DNA of 64,000 nt from an uncultured Gammaproteobacteria bacterium (GCA_964498425.1 CAZCGQ010000001.1:99063-163062), one strand, 5' to 3'. Shown: positions 21,103 through 30,706, counted from the first letter of the stretch. A program made the numbers and translations. The notes: generated by a model not told the origin, from the sequence alone.

Positions 21103-21804
21103 TTATAATGTTCCTTTGTACAAATCCCAGGCGGTAATCAATCCCCGAATTTCGGCTGAAGACTTGCCGTCATCGGTCAAAAAGATAACCCCCAATCGCT
21201 TACCTTTATCAATATGGCGTTCAAAAAGATAATGAACTTCATGAAAATCGGCATCGGCTTTCAAAAAATCATAATTATCCGACCCCTCAACACCCTCTAA
21301 ATAATTTTCCACTTCCGCCATCGTCTCTTCGGCATTAAAATTGCCATCAGCAATTAACTGCAGTAAAGAATTCTCCGAAAAAACTCCGTAAAACTTATCC
21401 TTGTTAACTACTGGAACATGCGAGAACATCCGCTGGTTCATCACCCGAACTACCTCGCCAACCGTTGTGTCCCGATGAGCCTTATAAATGCTTTCCTCCG
21501 GCGTAGCAATATCAACCGCTTTCCGGCAAAAGGCGGAAACCAACTTTTCCAACTTAACCACCGCCGCTGATTCAATTTCAACAAATGACGGGGCGTGCGT
21601 TCCAACGTTACGAAGATTGAACAAACCCAAAACATCACCCTCGCTGATCCCCAAATCCTGAGCCCGGTCATGCTCAGCATCCCAAAAAAAACGGACATTA
21701 CGGTACATCGAATCGCTCTTAAATCGAACACTCAAATACCTCGCCCAACGCTCATAAAGTTCAAGAAACCTCGCTGTTAAATCCTTATCTTTTTCTTCAA
21801 CCAT
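21103..21804 (-). CDS. CBS domain-containing protein (hypothetical)
   Basis: CBS-like segment TVGEVVRVMNQRMFSHVPVVNKDKFYGVFSENSLLQLIADG. Confidence 0.5.
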   Translation of the reverse strand: MVEEKDKDLTARFLELYERWARYLSVRFKSDSMYRNVRFFWDAEHDRAQDLGISEGDVLGLFNLRNVGTHAPSFVEIESAAVVKLEKLVSAFCRKAVDIATPEESIYKAHRDTTVGEVVRVMNQRMFSHVPVVNKDKFYGVFSENSLLQLIADGNFNAEETMAEVENYLEGVEGSDNYDFLKADADFHEVHYLFERHIDKGKRLGVIFLTDDGKSSAEIRGLITAWDLYKGTL

Positions 21805-21821
21805 GCTTCAATAATAGCATA

Positions 21822-21890
21822 TAGTGACTAGGTGCTAGTGGTTAGTGATTAGTGACCGGCCATATATACTTAAAGCGAAGTAAATTGATA
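21822..21890. repeat. Heptamer array plus conserved box TTAGTGACCGGCCATATATACTTAAAGCGAAGTAAATTG upstream of the CBS-protein gene
   Basis: tagtgac taggtgc tagtggt tagtgat tagtgac, then the box. A partial box (catacaattttacttcgc) also occurs at 22028-22045. Confidence 0.75.
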
Positions 21891-22135
21891 TGTTCCGAAC
21901 ATGCCTCTTCGAATACCCTCCTAACAGTCTAACTAAGTAATGAATATTTTGGGTATGAGAAGCGGAGTGAATTAATGACAAAAAATATTAAATAAGCACA
22001 GCCAATGAATGAACGTCATAGAGGAACATACAATTTTACTTCGCTAAACAAGCTTTTTGCGAAGCGGGGAGTCTAGCGAACTATATAGGTGAGCGATATC
22101 CCTGGAAACATAATCATTGAGTAAAACCAACAAGG

Positions 22136-23047
22136 TTATTCTTCTTTTTTGGTTTCCTTTTTTGAAGCCTTTTTCTTCTTCTTTTTTCTCTCCAACGGCA
22201 GGAAGTAAATTCCAATCAAAATCAATCCAGCGATAACCAAAAACAATCCAAGCAACTTCCACCAACTAAACCCGGCTATTCTTCCCTCTTCCATCCCCGT
22301 CGGCGAAACCTCGGGTGAAGGTGTAACCTCCTCATCACCAGTCGGCTCATCTGTCGGCTCGGGAGTATCCGTTGGTTCAGTTGTTCCGGTTGGCTCAGGA
22401 GTACCTGTTGGTTCCGGCGTGTCCGTCGGGTCTGGTTCTTCAGTTGCTGTTGGTTCAGGGGTATTGGTTGGTTCCATATGGTATTCAATTTCCAAACTCG
22501 GCGAATTTTCAGCTGCCTCTCGTGACCGGAAAGAAAAAGCAAAATCCGGTGTCCCATCAGCCGGATAGATAAACAAACCATTATTTTCCTTTTCACCATT
22601 CAACCACTGCCGAACCATGTAGGTTATCGCAATTTCTTTTTCACCGGTATCTAAATTAATTTCCTCGGTCATCACTTCGTCATCAAAAATTTCCGGCTGA
22701 TTATCCCAGGTCAAACCGCCTTCACTCCAGTCACTGTCAACCGGGCCAATTTCCACTTCAGCCGAATCAGCATAATTTTGCTCATAAATGTAAAACTTTA
22801 AAATACCCCGGTCTAAAATCGCCCCTTCCGGGATATCAATATCCCCAAACTTTACGTAACCGTGACGGGTTGTCGCTTCATTGCTGACAATTATTGCCTG
22901 CTGACCGCCCCGGGCTTCATCCGGATAGGCTTCATTGGCATAAGTATCAGAAGTCGGCTCAAATTGTTCAGTTTCCGCCATTACCGGCGAAGTCATGAAG
23001 GTAAAAAGAAGAATAAAGATTGCCATCAATCCCAATAATTTCTTCAT
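22136..23047 (-). CDS. Secreted/surface protein with DNRLRE-like domain, Thr/Pro-rich repeats and a C-terminal TM anchor with K-rich tail (sortase-substrate-like)
   Basis: Signal peptide MKKLLGLMAIFILLFTFMTSPVMA (start taken at ATG 23047, not the 23182 extension); GGLTWDNQPE motif; PEPTDTPEPTGT repeats. C-terminus is ...EVSPTGMEEGRIAGFSWWKLLGLFLVIAGLILIGIYFLPLERKKKKKKASKK. Confidence 0.7.
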   Translation of the reverse strand: MKKLLGLMAIFILLFTFMTSPVMAETEQFEPTSDTYANEAYPDEARGGQQAIIVSNEATTRHGYVKFGDIDIPEGAILDRGILKFYIYEQNYADSAEVEIGPVDSDWSEGGLTWDNQPEIFDDEVMTEEINLDTGEKEIAITYMVRQWLNGEKENNGLFIYPADGTPDFAFSFRSREAAENSPSLEIEYHMEPTNTPEPTATEEPDPTDTPEPTGTPEPTGTTEPTDTPEPTDEPTGDEEVTPSPEVSPTGMEEGRIAGFSWWKLLGLFLVIAGLILIGIYFLPLERKKKKKKASKKETKKEE

Positions 23048-23142
23048 TGCTTGGATTATAAGCCGCCCAACCCCTAAAGTCAATTTTCTATGTCTTTTTC
23101 CTCCTGTCATCTCGAGCTTGTCGAGAGATCCCTTTTTAATCC

Positions 23143-23442
23143 CTAATAAGACCAACCATAATCCAATGCTAAATCCCGCCAACCAGGGTTAAATTTTTTA
23201 ATCAAGTTAGTCTTCTTTTCTCTTCTCCACTTTTTAATTTGCTTTTCTCTTGCCAAAGCTTCTTCTACATTTTCAAATTCTTCAAAGTAAACTAACTTAT
23301 GACACTGATATTTTTTTGAAAAACCAATTATTAAATCCATTTTATGCTGCCAAACTCTCTGTTTTAAATCTCCGGTTACCCCGATGTATATAGTTCCAGA
23401 ATTACTGGCCATTATATATATGTAGTATTTTTTAGGAGCCAC
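23143..23442 (-). CDS. GIY-YIG nuclease-domain protein (small, YhbQ-like)
   Basis: YIYIMASNSGTIYIGVTGDLKQRVWQH is the GIY-YIG core; 99 aa. Confidence 0.75.
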   Translation of the reverse strand: MAPKKYYIYIMASNSGTIYIGVTGDLKQRVWQHKMDLIIGFSKKYQCHKLVYFEEFENVEEALAREKQIKKWRREKKTNLIKKFNPGWRDLALDYGWSY

Positions 23443-23725
23443 AATTTAAATATATCAAATCGAAAAGGGATTCCTCGACTAATACTGAAGCTCGGAATGA
23501 CACGGTTATTCTCGATTACCAATGAACTTAACTATTGAAGGAAATCGAAAGGGGAAGTAGTGTAGTTTGGATAGGCTCTAATAAACCGGTAACCATCTCC
23601 CCACTAGTCAACTGCCAACGATGAACTCCATACTCCCGCCTCTCTTCCAAAACGGGTTCTGTTAGTCCATATATTCTTTCACCGTCCATAGCTAATTTTA
23701 TCACTTAAATGTTATACTTAACTGG

Positions 23726-24181
23726 ATGAACAAGGAGCGGACTAAAGAAAAAATTGCTTCTCAAAACGAAACGGCAACTTTTGCCATGGGTTGTTTCTGG
23801 GGCCCGGACAAATTCTTCTCGGATTTAGAGGGTGTTGTTGAAGTCACTGTCGGCTATTCCGGCGGAGACAAAGAAAACCCAACCTATCACGATTTAGGTA
23901 ATCATTCTGAAACCGTCCAGATCATTTATGACCAGGAAAAAATCACCTATGAACAACTGCTTAGTCATTTCTGGCAGGGACACGCTCCAACGGCAGAAAG
24001 AAAAACCCAATACCAATCAATTATCTTCTACCACAACCCGGAACAACAAGACCTGGCCGAGAAAACCAAACATCAAATTCAACAGGAGTTAGATAAACCA
24101 GTTCAAACTGAAATTCAACCGGCGGAAAAATTTTGGCCCGCCGAGGACTACCACCAAGATTACTTGATTAAAAATGCCTGA
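23726..24181 (+). CDS. msrA: Peptide methionine sulfoxide reductase MsrA
   Basis: FAMGCFWG active-site motif; 151 aa. Confidence 0.85.
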   Translation: MNKERTKEKIASQNETATFAMGCFWGPDKFFSDLEGVVEVTVGYSGGDKENPTYHDLGNHSETVQIIYDQEKITYEQLLSHFWQGHAPTAERKTQYQSIIFYHNPEQQDLAEKTKHQIQQELDKPVQTEIQPAEKFWPAEDYHQDYLIKNA

Positions 24182-24614
24182 AAGAATTTTTCACGTTTAC
24201 CGAGCAACTGCCAAAGAACTTGCTGAAATCAAGCAAGAAGACTACCCCAACGTGAATATTGAAATTCACGATCCCTATAACCTTGTTTTCCACCGGGAAA
24301 AATTTGTAAGTCCAATTTCAGAATTAACTCAAAACTGCATTGACCAGGGAGCAACTGAAATCAAAGTAAAGATCGGTCAAAGAAAAATGGTTGTTAAAGA
24401 TAACGTTCAACACCCAGATTCTGAAATGCTAGCAGAAAGACTTAATCAAGACCGGGTCAGGACAACTAAACCACCGGATCCGGAATGGGGGTTTGCTTGG
24501 GGCGGAATTGGAATTCTTTCCTGCCGCAAGACCTTTGCAAAAATTGGCGGCCAATTAACCTATCACGCGACTAAAGACAATCGAATTATCGCTGTTGCCA
24601 CCTGGCTAAGATAA
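24174..24614 (+). CDS. Small GHKL (histidine-kinase-like) ATPase-fold protein, anti-sigma-factor/Ser-kinase-like
   Basis: N-box-like SELTQNCIDQGATEIKVKI, G1-like VKDNV, G2-like EWGFAWGGIGIL. Overlaps the msrA stop by 8 nt. Confidence 0.35.
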   Translation: MPERIFHVYRATAKELAEIKQEDYPNVNIEIHDPYNLVFHREKFVSPISELTQNCIDQGATEIKVKIGQRKMVVKDNVQHPDSEMLAERLNQDRVRTTKPPDPEWGFAWGGIGILSCRKTFAKIGGQLTYHATKDNRIIAVATWLR

Positions 24615-24645
24615 TTTTTACTTTAACCATCACTTATAATATGTC

Positions 24646-25374
24646 ATGAAGCCGGTGGATTTTGTAAAAATAATTGTTAATCAATACAACAACCATCAGG
24701 GAGTTTTTAAAAACCACTTAAACGCCGAGGATTATGTCCCCGAAACCAGTGATACAAAAAAAGCCTTATTCCTTTTTTATGTCATCCAACTCGACTATGC
24801 CACCAAATCCCAACGCCTCTACCAAGGAGCGAGAGAGCTTTTTAATCACCAACCTGATTTTTATTCTCCGTCTTTTATTCTCTCCCTTTCTCAAAAAAAA
24901 TTAAAAGATTATCTATCCGAATACCTAAAACCCCGGTATATTAACGAAGCAATTAACCGCTATCAAAAAAACTCACAAATGCTGTCCAAAAAATACAACC
25001 AAAACCCGCTCTTGATCTTTACAAAATCTGATACAGCCCAGGAAGCCTTAAATAAAGTTAGACAGTTTCGGGGTTTTGGCCCGAAAATTGGTAACTTCTT
25101 TGTCCGGGCGATAATTAATACTTTCTCTCTTAACTACCCCGATATTGAAACTATTTTACCCCCAGTAGATATTCATGACGTTAAAATTGCTTACTTGATG
25201 GGCTATATTAATTCATCAAGAATGACTACCCGAAATATTCATCAAACAAAGCAAGTTTGGAGCAAAGCTTGTCGACAAGCCGGGGTCAGCTGGCTGGTTT
25301 TTGACAAGGCTCTTTGGTTGTTCGGCTCGGAAGCCCAACCAAAATCAAAAAAAGAAATCTTGGCTCTACTTTAA
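24646..25374 (+). CDS. Hypothetical protein, possible HhH-GPD-like DNA glycosylase fold
   Basis: RQFRGFGPKIGNFFVRAI resembles the HhH-GPD hairpin. Weak. Confidence 0.3.
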   Translation: MKPVDFVKIIVNQYNNHQGVFKNHLNAEDYVPETSDTKKALFLFYVIQLDYATKSQRLYQGARELFNHQPDFYSPSFILSLSQKKLKDYLSEYLKPRYINEAINRYQKNSQMLSKKYNQNPLLIFTKSDTAQEALNKVRQFRGFGPKIGNFFVRAIINTFSLNYPDIETILPPVDIHDVKIAYLMGYINSSRMTTRNIHQTKQVWSKACRQAGVSWLVFDKALWLFGSEAQPKSKKEILALL

Positions 25375-26130
25375 ACCTTCATGTCTGGCGCGGGTGTTGA
25401 AGTAAGCACAGTAATCGCAGTCATCGCCGCTGGCCGGAATTTCATCAGATTCCAAACAATTCTTAATATCAAAAATTGCTTTTTCCACCCAGGAATCATC
25501 ACCGGTATAACCGATCAAAGTAACATCAAATTCCAACACTCCGTCAAAAGCCTCCCTATCCTTATCTCCATTAGCATAAACAAAATAACCGGTATCCGAC
25601 ACCGGATATCCATTCTGCCTTAACAACCACTGGTAAACTTCCATCTGCCGCTTATAACTATCCTGCCAGTCCTCATCAAGAGCAGTTATTTCCTTATCCT
25701 TACTCGTTGACTTGTAATCAACAACAATGTATTCATCATTAGAATTAATCCACAAATCGTCAATTGCTCCAAAAACAAGCAGGTTAGTCGGCTGATGAAG
25801 ATGACGAACCCCAGTAAAATTATTCCGCCAGTCATCCAGATCATCATGGGACACCGGCCGGGCATCAACTCCATATTTTTCAATCAGCGGATGTTGTTTC
25901 CCCTCAGCCCGGTGAGCATCAAATTCCTGTTTGAGCAAATGGTCAACGGCAGAATTTAAAGCGAAGGGATATCCCGGCGGACGCTTTGTGCCCAACACCC
26001 GGTCAATATAAAAACAACGCGGGCATTCAATAAACAAATCAATCTTCGACCGGCTTAAATTAAACGGCTCCTTCTGGCCCTTTTTATACCGGTACTTTTT
26101 ATCCCTCTGCGGGTTATAATAATCACTCAT
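25366..26130 (-). CDS. PD-(D/E)xK nuclease with Fe-S cysteine cluster (Cas4/RecB-like)
   Basis: GAIDDLW...IVVDYKS (D...D-YK nuclease core). N-terminal CPRCFY and C-terminal CLESDEIPASGDDCDYCAY cysteines resemble the Cas4/AddB Fe-S arrangement. Confidence 0.6.
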   Translation of the reverse strand: MSDYYNPQRDKKYRYKKGQKEPFNLSRSKIDLFIECPRCFYIDRVLGTKRPPGYPFALNSAVDHLLKQEFDAHRAEGKQHPLIEKYGVDARPVSHDDLDDWRNNFTGVRHLHQPTNLLVFGAIDDLWINSNDEYIVVDYKSTSKDKEITALDEDWQDSYKRQMEVYQWLLRQNGYPVSDTGYFVYANGDKDREAFDGVLEFDVTLIGYTGDDSWVEKAIFDIKNCLESDEIPASGDDCDYCAYFNTRARHEGLK

Positions 26131-26139
26131 TTTATTTGA

Positions 26140-27048
26140 TTAACCAATTTCTAATCTTTTCGCCCAATTGCCTTGGCTGTCTAAATCATACCAACGCAGA
26201 CCATCATTTCCAAACAAATCATACACCTCGTAAGGAACTGCCTTTAAAGCTTCTTCTACCCGATGTTCATTCTGAATATATTCAATAATTGGGTTCTGAT
26301 GATAGTAGCCAAAAATCATTGTTAATTCTTTTAGACCCAATTGACGGCTGTGATCTCTACAAAGCTTTCTAACTGCCTGAGCTATTCGAATATTCCGATA
26401 ATTATATGTATCAACTCCCAACTGATCATCAACCCCATACGTTGATAACTCATTGTGGAGTTCCTGCTTACCCCTTAAACCGCCTCGAAAAAATCTTGAT
26501 AACCGAGATTCATTGTATGTTATTGAAGCCGTTGCAGCTGCTCCTCCCAATAAGGCTAAAAAGCGTCTTCGACTTATCCTCACTTCTCTTTTTTCTAAAA
26601 TTTCATATAAACTAGCTATTGTAATTCCAGCTGTAGTAGACATTGAAGTAAACATCAACATGTAAACAAAAGCCTCTAAACTTGGCGTAAGCGGGTCCAC
26701 TCCAACTACCGAAACATTGTTTTCTTTAGACGTATCCAAAACATCATTAAAAAACTCTAACCCTTTTGGTATAAACAGTTCTGTCCAATCCTCTTCATCT
26801 CGACTAAATTCAAATGGGAGCAGTTCTAAAATAACCGCGTCAGACTCACTTATTTTCTCTTCTATTTCCAAGCCATGGACTTTCAAGGTTATTGGAGCAT
26901 GAGTAACACCAAGAAAATTTACATTTACTCCATGCAAATCAAATTTTTTTTCTTCAAAAAAAACTGGAATTTTTTCTTCTTCCGGAAGATCAAAATCTCC
27001 TTGAACTAATTCTCCTCCCGCAATTAAACCACGTTCAACTTGCCCCAT
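26140..27048 (-). CDS. Hypothetical protein (possibly TraB/GumN-like)
   Basis: LGVTHAPITLKVHGLEIEEKISESDAVILEL is loosely TraB-like. Weak. Confidence 0.25.
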   Translation of the reverse strand: MGQVERGLIAGGELVQGDFDLPEEEKIPVFFEEKKFDLHGVNVNFLGVTHAPITLKVHGLEIEEKISESDAVILELLPFEFSRDEEDWTELFIPKGLEFFNDVLDTSKENNVSVVGVDPLTPSLEAFVYMLMFTSMSTTAGITIASLYEILEKREVRISRRRFLALLGGAAATASITYNESRLSRFFRGGLRGKQELHNELSTYGVDDQLGVDTYNYRNIRIAQAVRKLCRDHSRQLGLKELTMIFGYYHQNPIIEYIQNEHRVEEALKAVPYEVYDLFGNDGLRWYDLDSQGNWAKRLEIG

Positions 27049-27231
27049 AACAAATTATATCAAAATATAATAATTTTTTTCACTTATGCTAAGCTAAATT
27101 TAATGAAGCCAGACGGTTCAACTGTTGTCGCATCGCCCTCCGCCACCCTTCGGCCTTTCTCAAATACGTCTACCATAAACTAACATTATCACCCTAATCG
27201 CTATGAACCCATCAATCTACTCTGATAGAAT

Positions 27232-28158
27232 ATGCTAATGAAACCAAACATTGCCGTCGCCCTTTACACCTTCAATAGAATTGACGATGTAAAAATAAAC
27301 CTTGAAATAATCAATGATATTTGGAAAAAAAGCGGTTTATTTGAAAATATTTATATTGTTCACAGTTTTAACGGGAAAAAAAACTGGTACCCCAAAAAAT
27401 ATCTCGAAGACAAACTGATAAGACTACCCAACAGAGGACATTTCTTCGGTGCAGCTGACCTTATTGAATCGGGAATAAACTATCTTAACGAAACTGATCA
27501 CCCAGCTGACTACATTGTTACTCTCGCTGCTGATACTTGGCTTCTCGACCCTAATTTTATTCATAAAATTATTAGTCAAATGATTTCTGAAAATAAATAT
27601 GTGGCTGCATCCACCTGGGGGAATCCGTTTGAAAATGACCCGATGAGAATGGGGATCTCAACTGATTTTTTTATCGTCAACAACAACTGGGTTAAAAAAT
27701 ACAATCTATTTCCTCTGAAATACGATGAATTTTACAAAAAGTATTTTGAGGTATTAATGTTTCAGAAAAAAGTTGTTTACCTTGAACGGGTATTCTCTTT
27801 AAGACTTTTTCAATCAGCCCAAAAATACTTTGGCAAGAAATATGCTGATCACGTCTTAAAAAGAAAAAAGGATGAGTTACTTTATAGAATAAAAGAACGT
27901 GAACCCGTCCACAATTACTATAAAGACCGCATTTATCGCCCGAAAGCTCCATTAGCGGTAAAAATTAAAAGATTTTTTGATATTGACTTTAGGCAGTACA
28001 GGAATATGTATTGGCCGTCTATTCAATTATTAACTCACCACAATCCAATCACTAAACAAAAACATCTTCAAAACCACAACTACCCGCAAATGAAATACAC
28101 TCAAAAATTCATCGAAGCCAAAAATTTAGATTACTTCAACAACCACGAAAATTTTTAA
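27232..28158 (+). CDS. Hypothetical protein in an AT-rich region
   Basis: 308-aa ORF, N/K/Y-rich, no recognisable motif. Composition is AT-skewed relative to the core genes. Confidence 0.4.
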   Translation: MLMKPNIAVALYTFNRIDDVKINLEIINDIWKKSGLFENIYIVHSFNGKKNWYPKKYLEDKLIRLPNRGHFFGAADLIESGINYLNETDHPADYIVTLAADTWLLDPNFIHKIISQMISENKYVAASTWGNPFENDPMRMGISTDFFIVNNNWVKKYNLFPLKYDEFYKKYFEVLMFQKKVVYLERVFSLRLFQSAQKYFGKKYADHVLKRKKDELLYRIKEREPVHNYYKDRIYRPKAPLAVKIKRFFDIDFRQYRNMYWPSIQLLTHHNPITKQKHLQNHNYPQMKYTQKFIEAKNLDYFNNHENF

Positions 28159-28162
28159 TACT

Positions 28163-28963
28163 TTACTGCAAAAAACCAACCACTTCATCTAAATACTGCT
28201 CAACCATAGTTGGCTTTTCCAAATCATGGTCCCCGCCTTCAACCTTAATGGTTCTCAAATCCTCCGGCAGCCAGTCATTGCTCTCAAACGGCACTGCCTT
28301 ATCTTTATCACCATAAACAATTAAAATTCTCTCGGGGTCTATATCCTCCAGTAAAAATTGATAATCACGATCTTTATTTTCTTGATGATATTCATTACCT
28401 AGATAATGCTCTCCCATTACCTTTTGTTCCTGAGCAGCAAACTCCTGAAAAGCCTTCTCATCTAAATGTCCCTGATAATTACTCCAAGTTATTTCTTTAT
28501 CCTTAACTGTAGAGGAGACAAAATAATATCTTAACAACGCCTGCTGATTAAAAGCTGGTGATAAAAACACCAACTTTCCAACCACATCCGGATGGTCAAC
28601 AGCATATCTTAATCCGGCACAAGCCCCCAAACTGTGAGCTACGAAACTAACTCTTTTTATATCACTGGGTTGAGCCTGTAATTCACTAATCAAAGCTCCT
28701 ACCTCTCCGACTAATTTTTCAACAGTTAAATCTTTGAAACTACCATCGGACAACCCACAACCGGAATGATCCAATCTTAAAACCGGCATTTTACCTCTTA
28801 ACTGACGTTCAATATTAGCGAACTTTTGTTCTTCCGATAATCGTTCAAAACCATGTAGGCAAACAACCGCCGTATTCCCATCCGCTGGGGACCATACGGC
28901 CCTTAAAGTTTCCGCCTGGGAATTCTCAAACTCAATTAAACGCATACTTTGTTCTTTTCCCAT
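28163..28963 (-). CDS. Alpha/beta hydrolase
   Basis: Nucleophile elbow AHSLGA (GxSxG), HGFERLSE; 266 aa. Confidence 0.7.
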   Translation of the reverse strand: MGKEQSMRLIEFENSQAETLRAVWSPADGNTAVVCLHGFERLSEEQKFANIERQLRGKMPVLRLDHSGCGLSDGSFKDLTVEKLVGEVGALISELQAQPSDIKRVSFVAHSLGACAGLRYAVDHPDVVGKLVFLSPAFNQQALLRYYFVSSTVKDKEITWSNYQGHLDEKAFQEFAAQEQKVMGEHYLGNEYHQENKDRDYQFLLEDIDPERILIVYGDKDKAVPFESNDWLPEDLRTIKVEGGDHDLEKPTMVEQYLDEVVGFLQ

Positions 28964-29024
28964 ACTATGAATATTTTACCACTAACTAATCCTCCTCGGG
29001 TTCTCCATCCCCGGTGCAGTTTCT

Positions 29025-29279
29025 TTATTCATTTTCATTCTCCCAATTATCTTTCCAATGATCTAAAAGCTCAGGGACAATTGGTCCACCCTTATAATTC
29101 TTTTCACAGGGAAATTCCTTACAATCAAAACAAAATTCTACTTCTCTTTCCTCTGCACAACTGGGCAAAGGACAAAGATTGGCTGGAATTTTTGGACTGC
29201 AACCTTTACATTCATCCTGTTTAAATTTTCTGCATTTGTAACAAGCGATTCCACAGACTCCAATTATTTTCTTTGTCAT
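29025..29279 (-). CDS. Small Cys-rich putative metal-binding protein
   Basis: 84 aa with CGIACYKCRKF, CKGCSP, CPLPSC, CFDCKEFPC clusters. Confidence 0.5.
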   Translation of the reverse strand: MTKKIIGVCGIACYKCRKFKQDECKGCSPKIPANLCPLPSCAEEREVEFCFDCKEFPCEKNYKGGPIVPELLDHWKDNWENENE

Positions 29280-29468
29280 TTTTTGTTAATTAATTATTAA
29301 ATTATGGAGCAACTTCTCCATATATCACCAATTATACTAGATCAAATTTCTTTGCTTATACGAATGAACAATATGTCTAGATTGACAAATCCTTAAAATA
29401 TTTTGCCCACTAACTTTACAAGCCTATTATTATAGGCCTAACTTATGATATAATTCCCTTTACTTAAA

Positions 29469-29909
29469 ATGGGGTATCAGGAAAACCTAAGATTCTCTAA
29501 TAATTGGTGGATTAGGGAACAAACTACTAAAAAGCTAAGGGATCAGGCTGAAACAGGATGGTTTAACCGGCAGGAAAGGATTTACATTGGAGACACAAGA
29601 AAATTAGAATTAATCAGCGGTGCCTTTAGAGAAATAGCTGATACCTGCCAGTCACCGCCGAGAATGTTTGTCAGAAGAAGCTGTCTAGATGAAATAAGTC
29701 AAAAATATACTTTAGTTGAGTTTTATTTGAGCGAAGAAACAGAAGAGAACCGACGAGTTAGAGAAGCAACTTGGACCGCTCCCGTTCGTTTAAGAGATAA
29801 TCAAATTGTAGAAACAATAAACGAACAATTCGAACCTATATTAGAAGAAAATGAATTCAATCCTCCAAAACCTTTATTCACAGAAGGCTTTGATGCTGCT
29901 AAATCCTAA
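29469..29909 (+). CDS. Hypothetical protein
   Basis: 146-aa ORF, no motif recognised. Confidence 0.35.
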   Translation: MGYQENLRFSNNWWIREQTTKKLRDQAETGWFNRQERIYIGDTRKLELISGAFREIADTCQSPPRMFVRRSCLDEISQKYTLVEFYLSEETEENRRVREATWTAPVRLRDNQIVETINEQFEPILEENEFNPPKPLFTEGFDAAKS

Positions 29910-30067
29910 AACCATCCCTATCTTATACTTGTCTTCACTTTCAAAGTTCCAAAACCAGACTTCAGTCTAGCTTGATTTATTATTAAAGATCTGATCACTC
30001 AAAACCGTTTCTAAATAGTCATAAATTCCTCCTACCTCCCCTTGATTATTCACTTATTCTAAGATTC

Positions 30068-30706
30068 TTGATACAATTATTTCACTTTCAACAAATGGAT
30101 CTTGATCGAATTGAAAAAACAGCTATTAGAATTTTAAAACGGGGAAGAAAAACTCCTGACGGCACTCCAAAAGATGTAGGCCATACATTAAGGGTTCGTG
30201 ATCAAGCTCTAATAATTGCTGATTTAATAGATGAATCAACAGACAAGAGAATCATCGAGGCCTCTGCACTACTTCATGACATAGGTTGGAGCTATGTTAA
30301 TTTTCAAGATAAAGCCTGGGCGGTTGGCGCCCATGCCGGAGCCGGAGCCTACAAAGCATTTCAAATCGTTCTTGAAAATGGAGCAAATTTAGAACAAGCA
30401 ATGAAAATACAAAAGATAATTCAAATACACGACTTTGACGTCGCTTGGGAAGCCCATCCGCAAGAAATGGAAATAGTTAAAAAATTCATGGAAAACATTT
30501 CCCCTGAAGCCTACTGTCTGATTGCAGCCGACAAAGGCGATCGCTTTACAAACATTCAGGCATACCTTGATTTATTTGATCCAAACAACACTAAACTGAT
30601 GACTCAAAAACTAAAACGTCTTATTAACCTATCAAAAATTTGGTTCAAAAACGTAAAAGTCCACCAACTATATCAGGAAGGAATAGACAAAGTTATTTCG
30701 GCATAA
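30068..30706 (+). CDS. HD-domain phosphohydrolase
   Basis: H...HD pattern: VGHTLRV ... ALLHDIGW. The start may be the internal MDLDRIEKT (30098). Confidence 0.6.
   Translation: MIQLFHFQQMDLDRIEKTAIRILKRGRKTPDGTPKDVGHTLRVRDQALIIADLIDESTDKRIIEASALLHDIGWSYVNFQDKAWAVGAHAGAGAYKAFQIVLENGANLEQAMKIQKIIQIHDFDVAWEAHPQEMEIVKKFMENISPEAYCLIAADKGDRFTNIQAYLDLFDPNNTKLMTQKLKRLINLSKIWFKNVKVHQLYQEGIDKVISA

Noticed and set aside
22044-22599. ORFs 22044-22265, 22276-22599, 22372-22572 and the N-terminal extension 23048-23182
   Set aside because: They overlap the well-supported DNRLRE surface-protein gene or the GIY-YIG gene in other frames or strands. Their Pro/Gln/Arg-rich composition is typical of out-of-frame translation of T/P repeats. 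The real start is the signal-peptide ATG at 23047.
24174-24614. Small GHKL ATPase as part of a defence system with the HhH protein and the Cas4-like nuclease
   Set aside because: The genes are on different strands with no coupling. The domain calls are weak, so association is not supportable from sequence alone.
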